Shown piece by piece: positions 1 through 9,845 of a stretch of 61,430 bases of DNA. A program made the translations under genes and the position numbers. The DNA comes from a virus (lineage: Duplodnaviria > Heunggongvirae > Uroviricota > Caudoviricetes). The notes below the pieces were generated by a model. It saw only the letters and a list, made by a program, of their open reading frames with translations, was not told the origin of the DNA and searched no databases. The first letter of the stretch is position 1. Each line of letters opens with the position of its first letter. Location of the stretch: IMG/VR virus record IMGVR_UViG_2663762648_000013; one strand, 5' to 3'.

Positions 1-414
1 GATGTCGGGCTTTACGTCAGGGGACGGTTGCTTATTGATGATGATCCCCTCGCAAAACGCGCACATGCACACATGAAGGCCGGTTCGTTAACCGGCCTTT
101 CTATTGGGTACGTCCTGAAAGACTGGGAATACGACCGGAGCAAAGAAGCCTTTCTGCTGAAAGAAATCGACCTCTGGGAAGTCAGCCTGGTGACGTTCCC
201 GTCTAACGACGAGGCGCGGATCAGCGACGTCAAGAACGCACTGGCCCGCGGGGAAATCCCCGAACAGAAAAAAATCGAAAGAGTCCTGCGTGATGTCGGA
301 CTCTCCCGTACCCAGGCCAAAGCATTCATGGCCGGGGGCTATGGCGCACTGTCCCTGCGCGACGCTGAGGATGTGGGCTCTGCACTGAATGCACTGAAAA
401 ATCTAAACTTCTAA
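1..414 (+). CDS. prohead protease (HK97 family), C-terminal part; 5' end outside window
   Basis: Frame open from nt 1 to stop at 412-414; translation (...VSLVTFPSNDEARI...) resembles HK97-type prohead protease; lies directly upstream of the capsid gene. Confidence 0.55.
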   Translation, partial: DVGLYVRGRLLIDDDPLAKRAHAHMKAGSLTGLSIGYVLKDWEYDRSKEAFLLKEIDLWEVSLVTFPSNDEARISDVKNALARGEIPEQKKIERVLRDVGLSRTQAKAFMAGGYGALSLRDAEDVGSALNALKNLNF

Positions 415-428
415 TCAGGAGAAATACG

Positions 429-1634
429 ATGGCGGTTGATATTAAAGATGTCGAACAGGTCGCGCAGGAGCTGCAGCAGAAGTTTGACGACTTCAAAGCA
501 AAGAACGACAAGCGCGTGGATGCGATTGAGCAGGAAAAAGGCAAACTTGCCGGGCAGGTGGAAACCCTGAACGGGAAACTCAGCGAGCTGGAAAACCTCA
601 AAAGCGATCTTGAAAAAGAGCTGCTTGAGCTGAAACGTCCGGCAGGTGGTGCGCAAAATAAACTGGCCACCGAGCATAAAGAAGCGTTTGTGGGCTTCCT
701 GCGTAAAGGCCGTGAAGACGGTCTGCGCGATCTGGAGCGCAAGGCATTACAGGTGGGCACCGATGAAGACGGCGGCTATGCCGTGCCGGAAGCACTGGAT
801 CGCAACATTCTCACCCTGCTGAAAGATGAAGTGGTGATGCGCCAGGAAGCCACGGTGATCAGCGTTGGTGGTTCCGACTACAAAAAACTGGTGAATCTGG
901 GCGGCACGGCTTCCGGATGGGTTGGCGAGACTGACGCGCGCTCCAAGACTGCCACCTCAAAACTGGGCCTGATTGAACCTTTCATGGGGGAAATCTACGG
1001 TAACCCGCAGGCCACCCAGAAAATGCTGGATGATGCCTTTTTCAACGTGGAAGCATGGATCAACAGCGAGCTGGCAACCGAATTTGCCGAACAGGAAGAA
1101 ATTGCCTTTACCACCGGCGATGGTACCAAGAAGCCGAAAGGGTTCCTGGCGTATGAGTCCACGGATGAAACAGACAAGGTCCGGGCGTTCGGCAAACTTC
1201 AGCATATTGTATCCGGCGAAGCGACGGCGGTGACCGCAGATGCCATTATCAAACTGATTTACACGCTGCGTAAGGCACACCGCACTGGCGCGAAGTTCAT
1301 GATGAACAACAACAGTCTGTTTGCCATCCGTCTGCTGAAAGACAGTGAGGGTAACTATCTGTGGCGTCCTGGGCTGGAGCTGGGGCAGCCGTCCTCTCTG
1401 GCGGGTTACGCTATCGCTGAAAACGAACAGATGCCGGATATTGCCGCTGATGCGAAAGCCATTGCATTTGGTAACTTCAAACGGGGTTACACCATCGTTG
1501 ACCGTATCGGTACCCGCATTCTGCGTGACCCGTACACCAATAAACCGTTTGTCGGTTTTTATACCACCAAGCGCACCGGCGGCATGCTGGTCGATTCGCA
1601 GGCCATCAAACTGCTGAAGATTGCAGCGGCGTAA
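429..1634 (+). CDS. major capsid protein (HK97 fold)
   Basis: 401-aa ORF with GGAG-type SD upstream; coiled N-terminal delta-like region then capsid-like body; position after protease. Confidence 0.85.
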   Translation: MAVDIKDVEQVAQELQQKFDDFKAKNDKRVDAIEQEKGKLAGQVETLNGKLSELENLKSDLEKELLELKRPAGGAQNKLATEHKEAFVGFLRKGREDGLRDLERKALQVGTDEDGGYAVPEALDRNILTLLKDEVVMRQEATVISVGGSDYKKLVNLGGTASGWVGETDARSKTATSKLGLIEPFMGEIYGNPQATQKMLDDAFFNVEAWINSELATEFAEQEEIAFTTGDGTKKPKGFLAYESTDETDKVRAFGKLQHIVSGEATAVTADAIIKLIYTLRKAHRTGAKFMMNNNSLFAIRLLKDSEGNYLWRPGLELGQPSSLAGYAIAENEQMPDIAADAKAIAFGNFKRGYTIVDRIGTRILRDPYTNKPFVGFYTTKRTGGMLVDSQAIKLLKIAAA

Positions 1635-1642
1635 TCATTCAG

Positions 1643-1664
1643 GGGGCGCAGAAGTGCGCCCCCT
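1643..1664 (+). terminator. GC-rich stem-loop after capsid gene (gggggcgca-gaag-tgcgccccc)
   Basis: Perfect 9-bp inverted repeat 9 nt after capsid stop; no strong U-run, so may be a partial terminator or RNA stability element. Confidence 0.4.
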
Positions 1665-1685
1665 GTTCTGACAGGTGAAAGAATC

Positions 1686-1874
1686 ATGATCCTGAAACAA
1701 GATCTGAAATGGTCACCGGACGGTATGCGTGTTGAGATTATTCGGGCCGGTGAGTATGAAGATAAAGAATTACCCGAACGGGTACGCGAAATTGCCACTG
1801 CAGCTGGGATTGTCTCTGATAAGAGAACACCTGTTGCGCGGGGGGCTGATAAGTCTAAAAAACAGCATTCATAG
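1686..1874 (+). CDS. hypothetical small head-region protein (62 aa)
   Basis: ORF in track between capsid and connector genes; no recognisable motif. Confidence 0.35.
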   Translation: MILKQDLKWSPDGMRVEIIRAGEYEDKELPERVREIATAAGIVSDKRTPVARGADKSKKQHS

Positions 1875-1885
1875 AGGTTGCCCAA

Positions 1886-2191
1886 ATGATGCCCACTCTG
1901 GAAGAGCTTCGTGTTCAGTGCCGGATTGATGATGACAATGAACAGGAGAATTCTCTTCTTATGATGTATCTGGCTGCTGCCAGGGAAGAGGCTGAAAAGT
2001 TTTTAAACCGGACGCTTTACGATGAAACTGTTTCTGAGCAGGATACGACCGGGCTTGTAATAACACCTCTGATAAAACTGCGTCTTATGCAACTGGTTGG
2101 CTACTGGTACGAGAACAGGGAAATGCAGGATGCAGTGCCTGATTTTTTCTATACCGGACTGCGGATGTATCGATTTCATCCCGGAACATAG
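1886..2191 (+). CDS. head-tail connector protein (gp6-like)
   Basis: 101-aa ORF; sequence and position typical of HK97-type head-tail connector. Confidence 0.6.
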   Translation: MMPTLEELRVQCRIDDDNEQENSLLMMYLAAAREEAEKFLNRTLYDETVSEQDTTGLVITPLIKLRLMQLVGYWYENREMQDAVPDFFYTGLRMYRFHPGT

Positions 2192-2199
2192 GAGGACTC

Positions 2200-2538
2200 A
2201 TGCAGGCAGGAAGATTACGTGATCGTGTGGTTATTCTGAATGCCACCACCGTTCGGTCTCCGTCAGGGCACCCTGTGGAAACAATGACGGAGGGGGCAAC
2301 CATATGGGCAGAAGTTAAGGGGATCAGTGGCAGGGAGAGAATATCCGGAGGCGCAGAAACTGCTCAGGCTACAGTGAGGGTCTGGATGAGATTCCGGCGA
2401 GATGTAACAGCAACTTCATGTCTGAAAGTGCTGACTGGTGCATTCAAAGGCGCGATTCTGAGTATAGACGGTCCGCCGATACCGGATGCTCGTGCCACAC
2501 GGCTTGAGATACTCTGTTCTCAGAAGGGGAATGTGTGA
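2200..2538 (+). CDS. head closure / head-tail adaptor protein
   Basis: 112-aa ORF, SD aggagg upstream; position after connector. Confidence 0.6.
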   Translation: MQAGRLRDRVVILNATTVRSPSGHPVETMTEGATIWAEVKGISGRERISGGAETAQATVRVWMRFRRDVTATSCLKVLTGAFKGAILSIDGPPIPDARATRLEILCSQKGNV

Positions 2539-2984
2539 TGGATTTCAGTCTTGATTTTTCAGGTCTGGCGGATATTGCACGGGATCTGGAGACGCTCAGC
2601 AGGGCAGAAAACAATAAGGTACTGCGCGATGCCACCCGTGCCGGTGCTGAAGTTATGCGGGATGCAGTTGTTGAACGTGCGCCGGAGCGAACCGGGAAAC
2701 TGAAGAAAAATGTGGTTGTTCTCACTCAGCGTTCAAAGCGTCGGGGGGAAATTATCTCGGGTGTCCACATTCGTGGACGGAACCTGCGAACCGGAAACAG
2801 TGATAACAGCATGAAAGCCAGTGATCCCCGAAATGCGTTTTACTGGCGCTTTGTGGAGCTGGGAACGATAAACATGCCCGCGCATCCGTTCATTCGCCCG
2901 GCTTTCGATACGACAGAGGAACTGGCAGCACAGATTGCCATACAGCGAATGAATCAGGCTATTGATGAGGTCTTAAGTAAATGA
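2535..2984 (+). CDS. HK97 gp10-family tail component
   Basis: 149-aa ORF; APERTGKL-type motif typical of HK97 gp10 family. Confidence 0.6.
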   Translation: MMDFSLDFSGLADIARDLETLSRAENNKVLRDATRAGAEVMRDAVVERAPERTGKLKKNVVVLTQRSKRRGEIISGVHIRGRNLRTGNSDNSMKASDPRNAFYWRFVELGTINMPAHPFIRPAFDTTEELAAQIAIQRMNQAIDEVLSK

Positions 2985-3325
2985 GAGAGACCACACTGTA
3001 TTCCCTGCTGTCTCAACTGGCCGGAGGACAGGTTTATCCTTATGTGGTCCCGCTGACGGAGGGAAAGCCTGCGGTATCTCCGCCATGGCTGGTATTTTCT
3101 GTGGTGTCTGACACTGCGTCTGATGTGCTTGATGGTCAGGCTGAATCCAGAATTACCGTGCAGATCGATGTCTGGGCAACAGTACCTGATGACGCAGATG
3201 ATATCCGTGAGCAGGCGCTTGATGCGGTAAGGCAACTTGCACCCTCCGTTATTTCTAAAACTCAGGGTTATGATCCTGATTCCCGTCTGAGCAGAGCCAC
3301 GCTTGAATTTCAGGTAATAGCCTGA
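2981..3325 (+). CDS. tail completion / tail terminator protein (DUF3168-like)
   Basis: 114-aa ORF overlapping neighbours by 4 nt; position before major tail gene. Confidence 0.5.
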   Translation: MRETTLYSLLSQLAGGQVYPYVVPLTEGKPAVSPPWLVFSVVSDTASDVLDGQAESRITVQIDVWATVPDDADDIREQALDAVRQLAPSVISKTQGYDPDSRLSRATLEFQVIA

Positions 3326-3384
3326 GGTCGTTAATGATTTTACCCACCCGCCGCTGGCGGGGTTTTTATTTTCAGGAGACGAGT

Positions 3385-4089
3385 ATGTCCTCTAATTTTG
3401 AGCGTTCGCAACTGACGAAAATTATGATTTCGTCTGCACCGGTAACAGCAGAAACCCTGGATTCTGCCAGCTATCTTGGCCTGAGCTGTACAATCAAAGA
3501 GGTGCAGTTTACCGCAGGACAAAAGCAGGATATTGATGTCACCACGCTGTGTTCTGTTGAGCAGGAAAATATTAACGGCCTTGGTGCCGCGTCAGAGATT
3601 TCCATGTCAGGCAACTTTTACCTCAATGCTGCCCAGAACGCGTTGCGCAGTGCCTATGACAATGACACCACGTATGGCTTTAAAGTTATTTTTCCGTCAG
3701 GCAACGGATTTACCTTTATGGCAGAGGTGCGTCAGCATACCTGGTCTGCAGGAACTAATGGTGTTGTGGCTGGAACGTTTTTCCTGCGCCTGAAAGGTAA
3801 ACCTGTGCTGACGACAGAGCCGCTGAAAGTGAAGGTCGATTTAAACAGCACGCTGCAGGTTTCTGCCGGAGCGAAACTCGAAATGGTGGTTGAGGCTGCC
3901 GGTGGTGTGCCGCCTTATTCTTATGTCTGGAAGAAAGGTAGTTCTCCTGTTTCCGGACAGACGGCGGCAACATTCAGTAAGGCATCAGCAGCATCAGGTG
4001 ATGCCGGTGCGTATACCTGCGAGATTTCTGATTCAGCAAGCCCTGTTAACAAGGTGACCTCCACTTCCTGCACTGTTACCGTCAGTTAA
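3385..4089 (+). CDS. major tail protein with C-terminal Ig-like domain
   Basis: ORF 3334-4089, start moved to ATG at 3385 preceded by caggagacgagt SD; C-terminus (VPPYSYVWKKG...AGAYTCEI) is Ig-like. Confidence 0.7.
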   Translation: MSSNFERSQLTKIMISSAPVTAETLDSASYLGLSCTIKEVQFTAGQKQDIDVTTLCSVEQENINGLGAASEISMSGNFYLNAAQNALRSAYDNDTTYGFKVIFPSGNGFTFMAEVRQHTWSAGTNGVVAGTFFLRLKGKPVLTTEPLKVKVDLNSTLQVSAGAKLEMVVEAAGGVPPYSYVWKKGSSPVSGQTAATFSKASAASGDAGAYTCEISDSASPVNKVTSTSCTVTVS

Positions 4090-4475
4090 TGAGGATAGAT
4101 GTGATGACTAAAAATATCCGCAATCTGGCACTGGCAACGATGTCGGGGTTTCGCCATAAAACTGTTGATGTGCCTGAATGGGAAGGGGCAACGGTTGTAT
4201 TACGGGAACCTTCTGCAGAAGCCTGGTTGCGCTGGCAGGAGATCGTTAAAGCAAAAGATGATGAGACACCGTTATCCGTTGCGGAGCGCGCCCGCCGAAA
4301 TCTGGAGGCAGATGTTGAACTGTTCATTGATGTTCTGTGTGATACCGGACTGCAACCTGTATTTTCAGAGGATGATCGTGAACAGGTGATTGCCGTGTAT
4401 GGCCCGGTGCATGCGCGGCTTCTTCGGCAGTCTCTGGAACTGATCAGTGATGCCGGCGAGGTTAAAAAAAAGTAG
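4089..4475 (+). CDS. tail assembly chaperone (gpG-like)
   Basis: 128-aa ORF directly upstream of tape measure; ends in slippery run GTT AAA AAA AAG TAG. Confidence 0.7.
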   Translation: MRIDVMTKNIRNLALATMSGFRHKTVDVPEWEGATVVLREPSAEAWLRWQEIVKAKDDETPLSVAERARRNLEADVELFIDVLCDTGLQPVFSEDDREQVIAVYGPVHARLLRQSLELISDAGEVKKK

Positions 4476-4777
4476 AGCTTCCGGGGATGCGTTTTCTGAT
4501 GATGCTGGCGCTCAGGATCGGGCGCACATTGTCAGAGTTACGCCGGGAAATGTCCGCATCAGAAATCATGATGTGGGCAGAATTTGACAGGTTCAGCCCG
4601 CTGGGTGACGAGCGGGCTGATATCCGGGCTGCCCAGATAGTTTCTGCGGTTTACGGTGCGCAGGGTGTCAAAGTCCCACTGAATGATGCGCTTCTTCAGT
4701 GGGAACAAGAGCAGACAGAAGGCGTCTCAGATCCATTTGCCGGACTGGAAAACGCGCTTTTAATAGTGTCTCAGTGA
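4089..4777 (+). CDS. tail assembly chaperone G-T fusion, predicted programmed -1 frameshift at A_AAA_AAG (4466-4472)
   Basis: -1 frame is open from 4466 to stop at 4775-4777; heptamer A AAA AAG lies in-frame at the end of G; matches the conserved G/GT arrangement of long-tailed phages. Confidence 0.6.
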
Positions 4778-4785
4778 GTCAACAT

Positions 4786-4806
4786 AACCGCTTCGGCGGT
4801 TTTTTT
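4786..4806 (+). terminator. rho-independent terminator-like hairpin between GT and tape measure genes
   Basis: aaccgc-ttcg-gcggtt followed by T6 (4802-4807). Confidence 0.5.
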
Positions 4807-4816
4807 CGTCCGGAGA

Positions 4817-7800
4817 ATGAGTGTGGCGACATTACGTGAACTGATTATTAAAATCTCGGCAAATTCCCGGTCATTCCAGTCAGAGATCTCCCGGGCTTCG
4901 CGTATGGGGCAGGATTACTACCGTACCATGCAGAACGGAGGCCGGCAGTCCGCTGCTGCATCCCGTGAAATGCGGCGTGCACTGGCAGAAGTGACGGATC
5001 AGATAAATACAGCTAAATCTTCGGCACTGAATATGGCGGGGGCATTTGCCGGAGCTTTTGCTACCGGTCATCTTATTTCTCTCGCCGATGAGTGGAATTC
5101 AGTAAATGCCCGTCTGAAGCAGGCTTCACAGTCCAGTGATGATTTTCAGGTATCACAACGTGAATTAATGGCAATCAGCCAGAGAACGGGAACGGCGTTT
5201 TCTGATAACGCCAGCCTTTTTGCCCGCTCTGCAGCTTCCATGCGGGAGTATGGCTACAGTTCTGAGGAGGTACTGAAAGTCACCGAGGCGATCTCCACGG
5301 GCCTGAAATTATCCGGTGCCAGTACAGCAGAAGCCAGTTCGGTGATCACGCAGTTCAGTCAGGCACTGGCGCAGGGAGTGCTGCGCGGTGAAGAATTTAA
5401 CTCTGTGAATGAGAACGGCGATCGTGTTATTCGTGCGCTGGCTGCGGGAATGGGTGTTGCCCGTAAGGATCTGAAGGCCATGGCGGATAACGGAAAACTG
5501 ACCGCCGATAAGGTTGTTCCTGCACTGATTAGTCAGCTTGGGGCGTTGCGTGATGAATATGCAGCAATGCCTGATACTGTTTCATCCTCTGCAACCAAAG
5601 TTGAAAACGCCTTTATGGCCTGGGTTGGTGGTGCGAACGAGGCAAGCGGAGTGACAAAGACACTCACCGGGGTGTTGAATGGTGTTGCAGACAATATTGA
5701 TACCGTGGCTGCTGCAGCTGGCGCACTGGTTGCCGTCGGGGTAGCCCGATATTTTGGCAATATGGCGTCGTCTGCTGGATCTGCAACTGCCGGATTAATT
5801 ACTGCAGCCAGAAACGAAGTGGCTCTTGCTGAAGCGCAACTTCGGGGGACACAGATAGCAACCGCCAGGGCGCGTGCGGCGGTTTATCGTGCGCAACAGG
5901 CGGTTGTTGCTGCTCGCGGTACCGAAAGGCAGGCCGCAGCAGAAGCGAAGCTGACAGCTGCCCAGGCGTCACTTACCCGTAATATTGCGGCCAGAACAGC
6001 GGCACAGACAACGCTGAATACTGTCACGTCAGTGGGGAGTCGTCTGTTAAGTGGTGCGCTGGGGTTGGTTGGTGGTGTGCCGGGACTCGTCATGCTGGGG
6101 GCGACGGCCTGGTACACGATGTATCAGAATCAGGAGCAGGCCAGAGAATCTGCACGCCAGTATGCCGCAACAATCGACGAAATTCGCCAGAAAACGTCGG
6201 CAATGTCGCTTCCTGAAGCGTCAGATAATGAGGAAATGACGCGGCAGGCACTTGATGAGCAAAACAGGTTAATTGACGAGCAGAAAAGTAAGATTAAATC
6301 CTTACAGGAAAAAATTGCTGGCTATCAGTATGTGCTGGCAAACCCGGGCTGGACAACCGATAACGGTTTTATGATTAACCACATGACGTCGGTAAAAACT
6401 GTCACAGAAGGGCTTGCAGAAGCAACAAATCAACTGGCAGTTGAACAGTCCCGTCTCACACAAATGCAGGGCAAAGCGCAATCCATTCAGGATGTGCTTG
6501 CCGGGCTGGAGGAGCGACGGGTGGCGTTGATCCGTCAACAGGCCGCGGAACAAAACAAAGCGTATCAGTCCCTGTTGATCATGAATGGGCAGCATACCGA
6601 GTTTAATCGCCTTCTCGGGCTCGGTAATGAATTACTTCAGCAGCGACAGGGGCTGGTGAATGTACCGTTACGGCTACCACAGGCAACCCTGGATGATAAA
6701 CAGCAGACTGCACTGAATAACAGCGAGCGCGAACTGGCTCTGTCCCGCCTGAAGGGGGAAGCCCGTGAGCGTGCCCGCTTGGGTTATGCTGCGGATGATC
6801 TCGGCTTTGTGGGAGAGGCGTATCAGACAGCCAGGCAGAATTATATCAATAACTCACTGGATGCCTGGCGAAATAACCAGGCAAATAAACCCAAAGCGCA
6901 TAAAAAGACCGAAGCGGAAAAAACAGAAGATATTTATAAACGGCTGATTAAACAGCAAAAAGAACAAATAGCACTGGCAGGGCAGAATACTGAACTGGCT
7001 AAGATGAAATATCAGGTCAGTCAGGGCGAATTATCAACCCTGTCAGAAGCGCAGAAAAAAACGCTTTTGCAGAATGCAGCACTCATCGACCAGAAAAAGA
7101 TTCGTGAGCAGCTTGCTGCGTATGAGAGCAGTCTGGCGGACAGTAATGCCAGTGCCCGGGCATCTGACGAAGCGCAGTTGTTGGGATATGGTGAAGGCTC
7201 ACGGATGCGTGAACGACTCCAGGAAATGTGGAGTATCCGGCAGGCGTTTGAGCAGAAAAATAACGAGCTGCTGAGACAGTATCAGGCCGGAGAAATTGAA
7301 GAAGCCCTGTGGAAACAGGAGAAAGAACTGAATAAAAAATATCTGGAAGAGCGTCTCAGCGATCAGCAGAATTATTATGCAAAGGCCGATGCTTTACGTA
7401 ATAACTGGAATGCCGGACTCCAGGAGGGACTGACCAACTGGGCAGACAGTGCCACCGATTATGCTTCACAGGCGGCAGATGCTGTCGTTTCCACGATGGA
7501 CGGGCTGGTATCAAATATTTCCGATGCACTGGCCGGAAATGTTGTGGACTGGAGAAACTGGGGGAGTTCAATTCTCCAGGAAGTTTCAAAAATTCTGATG
7601 AACGCTGCCATCGTTAACGGGCTGAAGTCACTTTCCAAAAGCATGTCCGGTGCCGGAGGATGGCTTGGTACAGTCGGCGACTGGCTTTCCGGTGCAGTGG
7701 CAAACGCAAAAGGTGGTGTTTACACATCGGCAAATCTGAGTGCTTACAGTAACACTATTGTGGATACACCGACGTATTTTGCTTTTGCGAAAGGTGCCGG

Positions 7801-8062
7801 GTTGATGGGCGAGGCCGGGCCTGAAGCAATCATGCCACTGACACGGGCAGCGGACGGCTCTCTTGGGGTCAGGGCCATTGGAAATGTGAATGGTGGCGGT
7901 GGATTTGTTTATTCTCCCGTGTATCACATCAGCATTCAGAATCAAGGGAGCAATGGCGAGATAGATGCGCGCTCAGCCAGGGGACTGGTGGATCTGATCG
8001 ACAGCAGGGTTGTGTCAATTATGCAGTCATCGCGTCGGGATGGAGGATTGTACAGTGCCTGA
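4817..8062 (+). CDS. tail tape measure protein
   Basis: 1081-aa ORF, coiled-coil and Ala/Gln-rich, position after G/GT. Confidence 0.9.
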   Translation: MSVATLRELIIKISANSRSFQSEISRASRMGQDYYRTMQNGGRQSAAASREMRRALAEVTDQINTAKSSALNMAGAFAGAFATGHLISLADEWNSVNARLKQASQSSDDFQVSQRELMAISQRTGTAFSDNASLFARSAASMREYGYSSEEVLKVTEAISTGLKLSGASTAEASSVITQFSQALAQGVLRGEEFNSVNENGDRVIRALAAGMGVARKDLKAMADNGKLTADKVVPALISQLGALRDEYAAMPDTVSSSATKVENAFMAWVGGANEASGVTKTLTGVLNGVADNIDTVAAAAGALVAVGVARYFGNMASSAGSATAGLITAARNEVALAEAQLRGTQIATARARAAVYRAQQAVVAARGTERQAAAEAKLTAAQASLTRNIAARTAAQTTLNTVTSVGSRLLSGALGLVGGVPGLVMLGATAWYTMYQNQEQARESARQYAATIDEIRQKTSAMSLPEASDNEEMTRQALDEQNRLIDEQKSKIKSLQEKIAGYQYVLANPGWTTDNGFMINHMTSVKTVTEGLAEATNQLAVEQSRLTQMQGKAQSIQDVLAGLEERRVALIRQQAAEQNKAYQSLLIMNGQHTEFNRLLGLGNELLQQRQGLVNVPLRLPQATLDDKQQTALNNSERELALSRLKGEARERARLGYAADDLGFVGEAYQTARQNYINNSLDAWRNNQANKPKAHKKTEAEKTEDIYKRLIKQQKEQIALAGQNTELAKMKYQVSQGELSTLSEAQKKTLLQNAALIDQKKIREQLAAYESSLADSNASARASDEAQLLGYGEGSRMRERLQEMWSIRQAFEQKNNELLRQYQAGEIEEALWKQEKELNKKYLEERLSDQQNYYAKADALRNNWNAGLQEGLTNWADSATDYASQAADAVVSTMDGLVSNISDALAGNVVDWRNWGSSILQEVSKILMNAAIVNGLKSLSKSMSGAGGWLGTVGDWLSGAVANAKGGVYTSANLSAYSNTIVDTPTYFAFAKGAGLMGEAGPEAIMPLTRAADGSLGVRAIGNVNGGGGFVYSPVYHISIQNQGSNGEIDARSARGLVDLIDSRVVSIMQSSRRDGGLYSA

Positions 8063-8396
8063 GCCTGAAGTTTTTAACTGGATCCCCCGTGAGGGGATGG
8101 AGACGACACGAAAGCCATCAGTTATTACGGTAAAGTTTGGTGACGGATATGAACAGCGACGGGCTGGTGGTCTGAATGCGGATCTGAAAACGTTTAAACC
8201 GGTATTTCGTGTCACAGATGAATATTCCCGTGCCGCGCTGGACAGTTTTTTATCCCGTCATGCCGGGATTCGTGCTTTTTTGTGGCGTCCGCCAAAACAC
8301 AACAGGACTGTCCGGGTTGTCTGCAGGGAGTGGAGCATTTCGGATAATGCCATGTATACCGATTTTAACTGTACCTTTGAAGAGGTCACTCACTGA
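8040..8396 (+). CDS. minor tail protein M (lambda gpM-like)
   Basis: ORF 8010-8396; start set to ATG 8040 (or GTG 8055); FGDGYEQR motif as in lambda M. Confidence 0.8.
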   Translation: MEDCTVPEPEVFNWIPREGMETTRKPSVITVKFGDGYEQRRAGGLNADLKTFKPVFRVTDEYSRAALDSFLSRHAGIRAFLWRPPKHNRTVRVVCREWSISDNAMYTDFNCTFEEVTH

Positions 8397-9094
8397 TGCA
8401 GGATATACAGCAGGAAACACTCAATGAGTGCACTAAAACGGAGCAATCCGCGCTGGTCGTGCTCTGGGAAATTGATCTGACAGAGGTCGGCGGAGATCGT
8501 TATTTCTTCTGTAATGAGCAGAACGAAAAAGGTGAACCAGTCACCTGGCAGGGGCGGCAGTATCAGGCTTATCCCATTCAGGGAAGCGGATTTGAGATGA
8601 ACGGCAAAGGAGCCAGTGCAAGGCCAACGCTTAAAGTCTCTAATCTGTACGGCATGGTCACCGGGATGGCGGAAGACCTGCAGAGTCTGGTCGGCGGAAC
8701 GGTGGTCAGGCGTAAGGTTTACGCCCGTTTTCTGGATGCGGTGAACTTCGTCAACGGAAACAGTGACGCCGATCCGGAGCAGGAGGTGATCAGCCGCTGG
8801 CGCATCGAGCAGTGCAGCGAACTGAGCGCGGTGAGTGCCTCCTTTGTACTGTCCACGCCGACGGAAACGGATGGCGCTGTTTTTCCGGGGCGTATCATGC
8901 TGGCCAACACCTGCACCTGGACCTATCGCGGCGATGAGTGCGGTTATCACGGTCCGGCTGTCGCGGATGAATATGACCAGCCGACGTCCGATATCACGAA
9001 GGATAAATGCAGCAAATGCCTGAGCGGCTGTAAGTTTCGCAATAACGTCGGCAACTTTGGCGGCTTCCTTTCCATTAACAAACTTTCGCAGTAA
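8396..9094 (+). CDS. minor tail protein L (lambda gpL-like)
   Basis: 232-aa ORF; matches my recollection of lambda L nearly throughout ([12 protein letters not shown]...SINKLSQ). Confidence 0.9.
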   Translation: MQDIQQETLNECTKTEQSALVVLWEIDLTEVGGDRYFFCNEQNEKGEPVTWQGRQYQAYPIQGSGFEMNGKGASARPTLKVSNLYGMVTGMAEDLQSLVGGTVVRRKVYARFLDAVNFVNGNSDADPEQEVISRWRIEQCSELSAVSASFVLSTPTETDGAVFPGRIMLANTCTWTYRGDECGYHGPAVADEYDQPTSDITKDKCSKCLSGCKFRNNVGNFGGFLSINKLSQ

Positions 9095-9099
9095 ATCCC

Positions 9100-9458
9100 A
9101 TGACAGAGACAGAATCAGCGATTCTGGCGCACGCCCGGCGATGTGCGCCAGCAGAGTCGTGCGGCTTCGTGGTGAGAACGCCGGAGGGGGAAAGATATTT
9201 TCCCTGCGTGAATATCTCCGGTGAGCCGGAGGCGTATTTCCGGATGTCGCCGGAGGACTGGCTGCGGGCAGAGATGCAGGGTGAGATTGTGGCGCTGGTC
9301 CACAGCCACCCCGGTGGTCTGCCCTGGCTGAGTGAGGCTGACCGGCGGCTGCAGGTGCAGAGTGATTTGCCGTGGTGGCTGGTCTGCCGGGGGGCGATTC
9401 ATAAATTCCGCTGTGTGCCGCATCTCACCGGGCGGCGCTTTGAGCACGGGGTGACGGA
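9100..9458 (+). CDS. tail tip assembly protein K (MPN/JAB + NlpC/P60), N-terminal fragment truncated at N (9459)
   Basis: MTETESAILAHARRC...HSHPGG motif; sequence breaks at the single N. Confidence 0.65.
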
Positions 9459-9459
9459 N

Positions 9460-9785
9460 ATGTTTGCCGACGTGATGGTCCGGGTGATCGGCGTGTCATA
9501 TTTCACTTCCGTACCCAGCACCGTCTCGGAGCCGGAGGATTCAAACCCCTCCGGCGGTGACTGCTCCTGCTCACCTGCCCGGAACACCACCGTGACGCCG
9601 GAGATGTTGGTATTCCCCTCATTGTCCAGCACCGGCGTACTGTTCAGCAGCACGCTTTTTAATCCATCCACCGGACCTTCAACCGGCCCTTCACTGATGG
9701 CATCGATCACACTCAGCAGCTGCGTGGACTTCAGGTTGTCCTTCGCTTCGCGCGGGGTATGCCCCTTACTGCTGCCTTTACCCAT
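9460..9785 (-). CDS. tail tip protein J, N-terminal fragment (inverted relative to K)
   Basis: Minus-strand translation MGKGSSKGHTPREAKDNLKSTQLL... equals the gpJ N-terminus; interrupted at N 9459. Confidence 0.65.
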
Positions 9786-9845
9786 TCCTCACGCTCCATA
9801 AACGACAAAACCGCCCGCAGGCGGTTTCTCATAAAACATTTTGCA

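Noticed and set aside
326-1280. Several antisense ORFs inside the capsid gene (for example 326-760, 957-1280) and similar ones inside both tape measure genes
   Set aside because: They lie fully within strongly supported genes on the opposite strand, lack SD sequences and have biased Arg/Ser/Pro-rich composition typical of antisense frames.
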